Virus record (IMG/VR): IMGVR_UViG_3300043431_000434
Location: 1 to 59,460 of that record
Strand: one strand, 5' to 3'
Length of the DNA: 59,460 nt
Source: a virus
Lineage: Duplodnaviria > Caudoviricetes
The notes beneath the pieces are model-generated. The model was not told where the DNA came from and did not search any database. It worked only from the letters and a program-made list of their open reading frames with translations. This document shows, one piece after another, positions 28,001 to 34,439 of the stretch (position 1 is the stretch's first letter; each line of letters starts with the position of its first letter). The translations under genes and the position numbers were made by a program.

Positions 28001-30456
28001 AACGAGGCAAACGGTACGTTGGAAATGATGGTATCGAAATTTTTGCCGGGAAAAGTCTCGTAGGATTCGTTGAAAACCTTTGCTTTGGGATAGAGCCGCT
28101 TGACTATTTCAGTATTGGTCTGGTCAATGTCAACTGCCGTCCAGTCAGCGTCCGGGTACATCCCGATAAAGTTGCCGCTGCCGACTGACGGCTCCAAGGC
28201 TTTGCCGACTTTAATCCCGGCGGCATCCAGGGCTGCATAGATTTCCCGGATCGTGGTGTAATCGGTGTAATGCTGGTTAAAAATACTGGCTCCCTTGTCC
28301 TGGGATGCCTTGACATCAAGCCCACCGTTACCGGTGTGTTGGCGTAGGATGTCTTTATCAGCTTCGGTGATGTCTTCGACTGGCTTCTTTAGGATTTGTT
28401 CGGCCAGATTATTGATGTCCCTGCGTTTGGCAGGGGTTAACGCAATATTAGGTTTGTCCCTTAAATCATAATTAGTTGGTTCAGCATGTCCTGGTAGGTG
28501 TCCGTGTCTGCCAGTACCCCCCCGGATAGGTCGTTGAGTACCGACATCGGCTTGCTGTCCGGCCATTGGCTCGGTGGCGGGTAACCCATTTCCTGCGCGG
28601 TCGCCTGTATCAGTAGTGTCAACTGCTTCCGATCCTGTGCGTACTGCGCTTCCACGTCGGTTATTTGGGCGCGGGTTAGATGCGCCGAATTCTTGATCTG
28701 GTATTCCAGTTGAATCAAGCGTTGTGTCAGTACCTTCAATACCATTTTCTTTTCTGCCTTGTCCACCATCACCCCCTAAATTTTCCTGATTTTTAACATA
28801 ATTCTCTGAGGTTGGGTAGTCGTTTGATTGCATATTTTGGTTAATACCATAAGCCTTGGCCACAAACTTGGCCTGGTCTTTTAGCCAACGCACCAGATCA
28901 TTGCTGTTCAAGCTGGCTTTGTGCCAATTATTCGGCGCACTGGTAACCAAGCGATTATTGTCTAACGTGTTATTGCCTACCCGCGCCATGATCGCTATGC
29001 CTTGCGGGTGCCGGTCGCCATTAATACCGCGCAGTGATGATGCACCGATGCTGACATAAATACCCACCCCGTCTTTTTGCATCTTTAACGAGACATCACC
29101 CGACACAGCGGGGCCTCCTTCATTTACCGATACCGGTTTTTCGGCTTTGCCTTTGCGGTCGTTGTAGGGGCTAAAGCCGTCTTCTTGTAACAACATGGCA
29201 ACGTGATACAAGTATTTTTTGGTATCGTCCAGGAAGGCATCTTTTAACCCACCTTTTAGCCCATAATCCGTGTCTTGGTTCTTGCCGCCTGCAATCGGTG
29301 CCCAGCCGTCAATATGACCAACCCCCCAGTCAGCCTTTAACTGACGATCAGCCCTGGTTTTTGTCGTAGTTTTAACGGTCGGCGGGGTGCCTACCGCTTC
29401 TTTCACCTGCGCCATGACTTTCGGGGTCAATAAATCCTGGTGTTGCGCTCTAGCCAGTGCCGCACCGGTCATCCCTTCAGGGTCTATGCCCGGATAAGCC
29501 CGCGCACTCTCATAGAAGGACAATAGGTAAGGCTTGATCTTGTCGCCAAAGTCCTCAATCATCGCCTCTGAATACGCCGCGAATGATTTGACACCCGATT
29601 CGATATACGCCCCAGCAATAGTCAAGCCATCTAAAGCAAATTCGGGATCAAAACCGCTATTTAACGTGCCGAGTTTGGCTTTTAACCGCGCACGAGCGGC
29701 GGCTACCTTGTCGGCAGTAATAATCGTGTTGTTGGCGAATTGTTGCTGGTCTTTTTGGCTGATTTCACCGATGCCTTGGGGTTTGCCTTGCTCCGCCTGG
29801 AGTTGTTCAATCACCTCGTCAATAACTTCCGCCATTGGCGTGTAATTGCCATATAAACTCTGCGATGCTTGTTCCAGTAAGTGAATATGGTTGCGCGAGT
29901 CCTTGTTGGCGTTCCGTTCCTGAATCACTGTGCGTAGAATTTGCTTGGCACGCGTTTGTGGCTCCCCACGACGGGAAAAGCGGGTATCGTCGCTGTTTTC
30001 GATCTTGTCCAGCAATTGTTGCAAGCGTTTTGTTTGGGCATTTGACTGATCTCGAAGCGATTTATCTTCTTCAATACGCGCCTTAAGCTCATTCTCGCTA
30101 ATCGACTTTAGTCGCTCATTGAGTTGATTAAGGTTGATCCTTACCGTAATATTTTGATCACCTTCGTAAATATCATCTTCAACCCACCAAGTATTTTCAC
30201 CATCGGAATCAGAAAAGGCTTCGTTTTTCTTGGCAATCAACTTACCTTTGGCTGGCTTCGGTTGTTGACTTAAATAAACCGCCTTGGCCTCGGCTAAAAT
30301 TTGGGCCTCAGTATCACGCAGTTTGGCGATGGACTGCTCCGCCCTGGCAATATAGACCGCATTTAAACCACCATAATTTGATGACTCTTTTAAAGCGTCT
30401 TTTTTTAACGCCAATTCAGTGTCTTTATCGTCAAAAATCTCAAAACAATTTGCCAT
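19012..30456 (-). CDS. 3814-aa large polyvalent (DarB-like) internal virion protein: N6-adenine MTase, SNF2 helicase, uncharacterised domain, zincin metallopeptidase and LPD38-like C-terminus
   Basis: EPSVGSGNF and ISNVPF (MTase); FAPGLGKT, DEVQ, LTGTP and QRTNRGVRQGN (SF2/SNF2); HESWH...EE (22147-22161); C-terminal W.KDQYWHF....FRLPKPFELG. Confidence 0.88.
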   Translation of the reverse strand: MANCFEIFDDKDTELALKKDALKESSNYGGLNAVYIARAEQSIAKLRDTEAQILAEAKAVYLSQQPKPAKGKLIAKKNEAFSDSDGENTWWVEDDIYEGDQNITVRINLNQLNERLKSISENELKARIEEDKSLRDQSNAQTKRLQQLLDKIENSDDTRFSRRGEPQTRAKQILRTVIQERNANKDSRNHIHLLEQASQSLYGNYTPMAEVIDEVIEQLQAEQGKPQGIGEISQKDQQQFANNTIITADKVAAARARLKAKLGTLNSGFDPEFALDGLTIAGAYIESGVKSFAAYSEAMIEDFGDKIKPYLLSFYESARAYPGIDPEGMTGAALARAQHQDLLTPKVMAQVKEAVGTPPTVKTTTKTRADRQLKADWGVGHIDGWAPIAGGKNQDTDYGLKGGLKDAFLDDTKKYLYHVAMLLQEDGFSPYNDRKGKAEKPVSVNEGGPAVSGDVSLKMQKDGVGIYVSIGASSLRGINGDRHPQGIAIMARVGNNTLDNNRLVTSAPNNWHKASLNSNDLVRWLKDQAKFVAKAYGINQNMQSNDYPTSENYVKNQENLGGDGGQGRKENGIEGTDTTLDSTGIPDQEFGASNPRPNNRRGSAVRTGSEAVDTTDTGDRAGNGLPATEPMAGQQADVGTQRPIRGGTGRHGHLPGHAEPTNYDLRDKPNIALTPAKRRDINNLAEQILKKPVEDITEADKDILRQHTGNGGLDVKASQDKGASIFNQHYTDYTTIREIYAALDAAGIKVGKALEPSVGSGNFIGMYPDADWTAVDIDQTNTEIVKRLYPKAKVFNESYETFPGKNFDTIISNVPFASFSSLAREHAGTIKPAFKAIHNFFFAQSVDKLKTGGVMAFMTSTGTMDGTGEAALLRQTLVKQVDVIGAFRLPMGTQKANASTEVMIDVIFLQKRPEGVDSKQPEKNQAFAAVTSKDGYPINQYFVDYPDSVLGDLSIGKNKTSMGKVGWIVTGEADYGKMKLEPQDYTSNQKAEQSEFAEPLDARAYAEKHGLKFEPGHVDKPFFADGIIYDKLVTYTNFEGQGAFGRKATGKNADKLAALAAIHDKPTAEAVQQYEEKFGQNPHNDKLLMVWVKSVHAERQLKEYLALFDKDYNLSGIFKEQVRFQGSGKIEIDENSPLLDRAESLEDQDGLLPLENSLLSADEIQDLLDSGDYAKASNSQLQNARLYYAGNIYQKLDQAAKIRPAAQRDKQIAKLQSIKPPLIPIKAISITGRENWLPPSAIASIGKKVQRDGTVIIGENAIDDNQLLYLFTNFVNHLPLIKVGKDETAEEFAARLKEAQNLLNNEAIPLIKQKLIDDGLADEVVDAYNRAKNFFAAPVFDGRSLKNLPKTFRGKPFNLMKHQLQGAERAIYNKKGVLAFAPGLGKTPTAIVVADQLLQKGVMKKPLFIVPANTIPQWEKTTRDLYPNANVFEFPKYATGINKGKPKDWPALTAEDKEKMIFDLTNNRYDYTFISTNLAQKFTIPRKVLGDFTEELVESISSMEKDDEELTKSQIKAKEQRLAKIRMLKASMMKTFGDDIGFDMGKLGFDAVFADEVQYYKNIGMQSEDAKGGLGANVAITATYPVDKDGNQDKTLDPVTVTLGSARSYDFRFKTRYIAEKNNGNNVFLLTGTPTPNKPLELMTLLHHLDTHILDEYGITNVGDFVGEFLDVNQVEEMGVDGTNKMRPQLTGIKNIDALKKIISRYVDYVPPEAAADLVRPKEINIQHTILRNETAEAIFADIQARLLRAIEDGKAKLRGERIQDAETVIQMYTAGRDASVDVRLYTPTSRSTIVPPGTLIEEETRADYSKIAKTVQLVTEQVKADPDATQLIFIDRLKYPGGKGSTHEDIRAKVMKATGLSGKQVVFINGGAFSNPDTGNVSNSAPKPEMLQRIMDYYNEGKIKVLVGNTSKLGVGVDLQVNTTDIYQLDIPYRPDEIEQRTNRGVRQGNRYPEVRVHTFNQPGTFDAMSYRIIAGKQGFNDVFWKDQSSDTADVRGEEAPNAYDAAIELEQDPLKRRKLEVERDLSQAATKSNVIEKAISNLAKRIKSATKNLDDYTEANRGIDTRPTPKYEDQDAKQRAKSIADFKTRMAEQKAKNTKRIDELKRDLTQLEADKQARVAELDAHKANIAAMRDKYVVNGVVVVNDLKYSIASTPGFYSQLKRSIANLPPKLDNTSGKNVKLWLQSNTDKLQIKKDELNFSGILDWLDLQDKTKVSKADILAYLDQGGVQVEEVVLRSGVDKYGSTKEDYYLAGEPSVYENDDGTWTGELFNSKQITDAETEQDAWDYLNREAEDGWSQQNGSADGETKYAQYTVPGGENYQELLLTLPFISRRILDNDAKAPLFTDWLKAKGYDYDYGAERIKALAEYQREYPPKDVTQYKSSHWDQPNVLAHIRYDERTDADGNKVLFIQEIQSDWGQEGKRKGFKSTDKLTDEETELHDLNKKSWAGGLSSEQEKRLSELKDAGVGKTLSAKLIGLEPAPFVTDTKAWVALAIKRMMLHAAQNGFDRIAFATGEQSADLYDLRKQIESIEYEPIEGSAGLYEVNATSVNGNKVFNEDEIDLKRIEEVFGKDIAKKIEAGEGEKTGGAYRDWMKLSGLDLKTGGEGMKAFYDKIVPQVANDILKKVGGGKVEGINFTPSTMPKADDFDNAGSYHMAVLAYKKGKAEGDRVQPGFTLTPAMRQKLITEGLPLFSQEKPASGSSIAVVKGYLTTRQQKLMAEGKLKVIQSHSRNRAQGFYDKGVITLVADNLGSKDQVQQVLGHESWHFARDTDANVQTRLNVIDAQFQAAIERVKNGKGTVAEREAWRRVTQANTEKDLQVEEFQSYLLEAYAAKPQSLSEAVQKAVRDLVALIRATLFRYGFNLNSFSVADLAAIAKSSLNTETSKNFQTSERFTNGKYGSNPDTAHVSQNFQKASESLDGTKYSIGDPLTEAKRKAGFGKKKNLPETIKAIVNQGFKTNAEAMKERWEEVKPLLEQGIFDRFLGIKLAEQEILGDIAHSQSGYVGARFSTGSTSTIAAVLQFGAPELRKGIIQKKEGSKGLLEILQPVKHDLENFAAWMVGRRANRLMGEGKENNFTAAEIQALLDLEKPEYQEVAKGIADMNKAILDLAEASGLVDKEARAVFEHSDYIPFYRLMEDKASGGPRKKGGLSHQTSGIKLLKGGDNPLSDPLGNMMQNWAHLIDASMKNNALNKTLTNLDGSRFVERVPRVEFTSALIPKDQIKKLLRESGLPKELVDAMPASVTEGIAKMWAVRAPTDPDTVRVMRGGKTEYFKINDAMLLTSLAAVNQTELGGIFKPMRYFKRLLTGAVTADPTFMARNFIRDSFHSWLIAEEKGFKLGIDSIHGAVKSFKEDGGYIDMMFAGASFQGGYGNYNNADNARSAMDAILRKKGIGDIKGFQDSIIDTPRKYWEMYRSIGDAIENASREATLEVSKRAGNEKAQYLFEAKDLMDFSMQGSFTIVRALGDMLPFFNARLVGLYRLAKAGKTKEAQRLILMKAASMTMLTLALLAINADDDRYEELEDWDKDQYWHFFFGDSHFRLPKPFELGLLFGTVPERSARLLLGKDTVKEYAARMGAGAGDTLAFNPVPQLFRPFLELYANKDMFTGRPIEGMADEGKLPSARYNEHTSEAMRALSAALPEALGASPKRLEHLMHGYLGAMGMYVLGATDLLVRNASDMPELPETRVDKYPVLKAFYQQTPALNTKYGTQFYDMLNEVNQISKTINAYKKEGAEDKAKALTEQYADKLKFKKELTKTGKTVSELRKQIDVIYRSNKSPEEKRQLIDETMLKSNAVVRKAVQRSHEAFN

Positions 30457-30460
30457 GTGT

Positions 30461-31549
30461 TTATACCAAGTCGTTTTTATACAAAACCATTGCGGTAAGC
30501 AGAATAACTAAATCCTCATCCTGCTCGTTAAGAATAGCGTCAATTTTACGCGGATTAAGGTGTATTTCTTGCGCTTTTTTCCGGTCTTTTGGGGTTAAAA
30601 CTTTCGCTGAGGGCCGACGAAGACCACCGCCACCACCGCCACTCAAACTATCCGGGATAATCGGCGGTAAAATCCCACCGCTTACTGGTGCAACAACGCC
30701 AAGGTCATCCGTTTCCAGCAATCCCGATAACCGAACATTAAAGGCTGGGATTAAATTGCCTTGCCCGTACGCCTCAAGCTGCCCGGATAACGCCACATTA
30801 ATTCCCGTAACCGGGATAACCGCGCCTTGACCGTCTGTTTCAAATTGGCCCACCAACGGCACAGCAAAGGCGGGGATCAACGCACCTTGGGCAAAGGCTT
30901 GTGAACTGCCGCTAAGCGACACATTCAGGGCATTGGTTGGTGTAACGATACCGGCCGTATCAGTGACTAATTGACTTGTCAGGGCTATTGAAAAGCCGGG
31001 GACTAGCGTGCCTTGGGTATAGGTCTGGACTTGCCCGGTTAATGCCACATTAACGGCATTACTGGGGGTGAGGGTGCCGGTTGAATCGGTTTGGTTTTGA
31101 CCGGATATGGCGCGAATAACGCTAATCCCTAAACTAGATTGATTTAGGTTTTGCGCTTGTCCAGTCAGTTGCACGTTGACGGCATTGCTGGGTGTTACCG
31201 TGCCTAGTGCGTCGGTTACTGTCTGACCGGTAAGGCTAAGGCTTAAATTGGGGGTTAAACCACCCTGGGCGAACGTTTCTGATTGCCCTGTTAAGGCGAC
31301 ATTAATCCCGGTGACTGGAATAACCGTGCCTTGCGCATCAGTTTCAAATTGACCGATCAGACCACTACTAAAACTGGGGGTTAAGGGTTGTTGGGTTATC
31401 GTTTCAAACTGACCGGTTAATGCGACATTAACATCGTTAGTTGCCGGTAAAAACGTCCGATCATTCGCTAAATCAACTGCACCCTGATTTTTTGCCGCCG
31501 TGATTGACGGCAAAAGCCTTGAAAGGGATGATCTAAGCCCACGCCACAT
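30461..31549 (-). CDS. Repetitive beta-rich virion/fibre protein
   Basis: About 12 repeats of ~19-21 aa (NVALTGQxETxxQGxxTP). Confidence 0.6.
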   Translation of the reverse strand: MWRGLRSSLSRLLPSITAAKNQGAVDLANDRTFLPATNDVNVALTGQFETITQQPLTPSFSSGLIGQFETDAQGTVIPVTGINVALTGQSETFAQGGLTPNLSLSLTGQTVTDALGTVTPSNAVNVQLTGQAQNLNQSSLGISVIRAISGQNQTDSTGTLTPSNAVNVALTGQVQTYTQGTLVPGFSIALTSQLVTDTAGIVTPTNALNVSLSGSSQAFAQGALIPAFAVPLVGQFETDGQGAVIPVTGINVALSGQLEAYGQGNLIPAFNVRLSGLLETDDLGVVAPVSGGILPPIIPDSLSGGGGGGLRRPSAKVLTPKDRKKAQEIHLNPRKIDAILNEQDEDLVILLTAMVLYKNDLV

Positions 31550-32394
31550 TAATGACTCACAAGCTCAATCTGGCAATCCAATTGCCCGGTACTGGTGCCA
31601 TTGCATAACACCGCTACCGCTAACGCTTGATCAGGGTCATATTGCACGCCGCACCGCTCATAACCGGCGATCTCGTAACGTTGCGCATTGGTCGCTGTGA
31701 AAAACATAATGGGATAAATTACCGAGACATTGACCGCCCCAGCGGTGGCCACCACACCGCCCACTATGATGGTTTCGATTTTTTGCACGCCCGTGTCGCC
31801 TGCTTGCAAGGGCATAACCACCCACCTGGCCGCGGCAAAGCCCGATAGACTAGGGCTTGCGCCGGTTGTTCTCCCGGTTGTACCGGCTTGATTCGTGTAA
31901 GTTACGGCGATGGTGGTAGCGGTGGCACTGATTGCCGTGGTCACTTCAAGCACAATCATCGTGCCGATGTAATCCGGGTTAAGTAGTAGACCTGAATAGC
32001 TTGGCGGTGCGCTAATAGTCGCCGTACCCAATGCGGTAAGCGGTGTGACGTTAACATGCCAAAGTTTTGCATACAGCATGTGAATCATGCCGCAATCCAT
32101 GACCTGAACACCTAAGCTATTCGCAAAACTGCCATTAACGACATAGGCTGATTCGCCGCCGTTTGGAGTAATGGGGCTTAAATATCCGGCAGCGTTTTTT
32201 GCCGGGATAACGCCTGCACTACTACCACCAACCGCAACCGTGCTAGGCGATGCTAATGCAGCCGTTGGTACGCCTGATACCGCAAAATAGGTCGCCCAAT
32301 TGCCTGCCACTTGGGTGGCTGATGTGCTGGTTTTCTGCACACTGGCAATATGCTTATCCGCATAAATCAAATCATCAAGAGTAGTCAGTGCCAT
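31549..32394 (-). CDS. Putative virion structural protein (paralogue of 32394-33230)
   Basis: Ala/Thr/Gly-rich; VTYTN..G..GRTTG and MPLQAGD.GVQ motifs. Confidence 0.6.
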   Translation of the reverse strand: MALTTLDDLIYADKHIASVQKTSTSATQVAGNWATYFAVSGVPTAALASPSTVAVGGSSAGVIPAKNAAGYLSPITPNGGESAYVVNGSFANSLGVQVMDCGMIHMLYAKLWHVNVTPLTALGTATISAPPSYSGLLLNPDYIGTMIVLEVTTAISATATTIAVTYTNQAGTTGRTTGASPSLSGFAAARWVVMPLQAGDTGVQKIETIIVGGVVATAGAVNVSVIYPIMFFTATNAQRYEIAGYERCGVQYDPDQALAVAVLCNGTSTGQLDCQIELVSH

Positions 32395-33230
32395 TAGGTT
32401 GCCGTTATTTCTGCAAAAATGGTAGGTAAGCCGCTACTGGTTGAATCGGCGGAAACTTCAAGCTGCAAACAGCTTGACGTGTACACCAAGGGCGCACCCA
32501 CTTTATCTAATGGTTGGGTTTCGCCGGTGTTAGCTGATGCTGCGCGGCCAAACCAAACCGGCCTAATGACCATGACATTTACCCGGCCTGTGGTCGCCAC
32601 CGTACCTCCAACCACAATGCTATCAATTTCTTGAACGCCGTTATCACCCGCCTGCAACGGCATATAAAAATGCCGCCCAAGGGTAAAGCCGCTTAATGTG
32701 CCACTAGAACCCGTAGTTCTGCCAGAAACGCCTAATTCATTGGTATAAGTGACTGTAACTGTGGTCGCTGTGGCACTCACCGCCGTGGTAAATTCCAGCA
32801 CGATCTCGGTGTTTGAATAGTCGCTATTCGGCAAACGCCCCACGTAACTCGGTGGCGCGGTAATTGTGCCAGTGCCCAATGTAGTTAACAGCATTGAGCA
32901 TTGCCAAAGACGGTCATACAGCTTATGGCGTGCCGCCACGGTGTTACCGCTGAATACACGGGTTAGCTGGTAATCGGTTTTACCGGCTACGGATTGAATC
33001 GGCAACGCCCCCATATTGGCTGTGGCATTGGTCACCAGCTCTCCCGCGCTACTGCCACCCGCCGCAACCGCTGTGGCCGCTGCCGAAATAGTGCCCGAAC
33101 CGCCCGGATAACCAAGGGCATGATGCACCGCAAACGGCACGGCCGCCACCGTGGTTATTGCGGCGGTTTTGGCTATCTTGTAATCACGACGGCTGGCCGC
33201 GATATACGCATCAAAACTGGCAATAGCCAT
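32394..33230 (-). CDS. Putative virion structural protein (paralogue of 31549-32394)
   Basis: Same motifs as its neighbour. Confidence 0.6.
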   Translation of the reverse strand: MAIASFDAYIAASRRDYKIAKTAAITTVAAVPFAVHHALGYPGGSGTISAAATAVAAGGSSAGELVTNATANMGALPIQSVAGKTDYQLTRVFSGNTVAARHKLYDRLWQCSMLLTTLGTGTITAPPSYVGRLPNSDYSNTEIVLEFTTAVSATATTVTVTYTNELGVSGRTTGSSGTLSGFTLGRHFYMPLQAGDNGVQEIDSIVVGGTVATTGRVNVMVIRPVWFGRAASANTGETQPLDKVGAPLVYTSSCLQLEVSADSTSSGLPTIFAEITAT

Positions 33231-33685
33231 TAGCTAACCCTTAATAAGCCGGTGGTTGCGTCATTGGTCGGCATGGTCAGGCTAAAATTACCGGCGGTAA
33301 TGCTTTGGCTACCAAAGGTATACGCCGCCACGGCTTTATTGCCCTGGGTTGAGTTGTACAGTAACACGCAATCAAACGCGCCAGACGAGGTTAATGCCGT
33401 CCAGGAAAATGACGCGCTGGGCGTGGTGAATGCCGTGGTTCCGGTACTGGAGGGGGCGATCCAGGTAAAGGTTACCCCGCCCGCCGTATAGTTGCCGGTC
33501 GCTGCCAGCTCGCCCGTAGTGGAATACGTTGTTGTTGCGGCGTTGATAGTCGCTGAGGCTAAAAATAACGCCGCCTTAAACACATCCGCCGCCGTCGAGC
33601 CGCGTGACACGGTGGTGCCAAGCGCATGAATGCCGTTAAGTTGCTCAACTTTGAAACTTGTCGCGATAGATTGAGTATTGGACAT
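33230..33685 (-). CDS. Conserved phage structural protein
   Basis: TSFK...L.G.H...D.FK.AL...T.Y....E.....YTAGG...LYN motif common in virion modules. Confidence 0.65.
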   Translation of the reverse strand: MSNTQSIATSFKVEQLNGIHALGTTVSRGSTAADVFKAALFLASATINAATTTYSTTGELAATGNYTAGGVTFTWIAPSSTGTTAFTTPSASFSWTALTSSGAFDCVLLYNSTQGNKAVAAYTFGSQSITAGNFSLTMPTNDATTGLLRVS

Positions 33686-33704
33686 AACCTATTGATTCCT
33701 ATAG

Positions 33705-33884
33705 TTAATTTATAATTTCGCCGTGACCTTCTGTGACCATTTGATTCGCTAAATCCTGATCAACAAAGGCATAATGATGTTCGCCATCACGGATAAAGAC
33801 CGCACCGAATATAACAATACGATCACCAATGGCGTGGGGATAAATCAGTTTTACTTTGATCTTGTTGTCATCATCTTCAGCCAT
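33705..33884 (-). CDS. 59-aa hypothetical protein (not in ORF track)
   Basis: GGAG RBS; MAEDDDNKIKVKLIYPHAIG...; fills the operon gap. Confidence 0.55.
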   Translation of the reverse strand: MAEDDDNKIKVKLIYPHAIGDRIVIFGAVFIRDGEHHYAFVDQDLANQMVTEGHGEIIN

Positions 33885-34092
33885 TGATTGCTCCAGGGGT
33901 TAGGTTTAAGGTTGTGCCATCTGGGTACTGAAAGCGGTGGACGCTGCGCCTGACTAATTCATCACCCTGGTAATAGTCTTCAGCAAAGGTAATACCGGTT
34001 GCTTCAAAATCCCACGTAGTCTTAAGTTGCAGGCCACTGATAGGGATATTGCCTAACTTGGTAAAAATCAGCGGTTCTTCGGTTTCAGTCAT
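33877..34092 (-). CDS. Hypothetical phage protein
   Basis: LIFTKLGNIPI..L.....W motif; coupled to neighbours. Confidence 0.6.
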   Translation of the reverse strand: MTETEEPLIFTKLGNIPISGLQLKTTWDFEATGITFAEDYYQGDELVRRSVHRFQYPDGTTLNLTPGAING

Positions 34093-34439
34093 GGTTTCAT
34101 CTCCTTAATGCGGATTGCAGTCATCTTGCCCTCGCTATCACGGTCAACAACACTCAAGGTATCGCCAAGCTGAAAGCTTTTAATCCGGTTATTGGCATCA
34201 CGCTGAATAACTGCGGTCAAGGGCAATTTAGGGTCGGGTAAGGGTTTGGTGGCGGCTTGCTGGGTGTCTGCTAAAGCTTGCGCCAACCGCTTAACTTGGG
34301 CTTCAAGCGCAGTAATCTGCGCGGTTTGGGCGTTTAACTGCGGCTTAAAATCGTCCTGTTTTGGCGTAGGCTTGGGGCTTAATACCTTAACAATGCGGGG
34401 GTCGGTAATATTTAATGCCATTAAGCTGCCCTCACACAC
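34089..34439 (-). CDS. Hypothetical protein with two RD-x-x-G/N-R/K-I/M hairpin motifs
   Basis: QRDANNRI and DRDSEGKM. Confidence 0.55.
   Translation of the reverse strand: MCEGSLMALNITDPRIVKVLSPKPTPKQDDFKPQLNAQTAQITALEAQVKRLAQALADTQQAATKPLPDPKLPLTAVIQRDANNRIKSFQLGDTLSVVDRDSEGKMTAIRIKEMKP

Noticed and set aside
24600-28300. Intein in the helicase/MTase region or in the terminase
   Set aside because: No C/S...HN-C/S/T splice junctions or LAGLIDADG motifs were seen.
19479-30086. Numerous 60-135 aa alternative-frame and antisense ORFs within the giant gene and other late genes
   Set aside because: They are shadow ORFs of long coding sequences, with no RBS or motif support.
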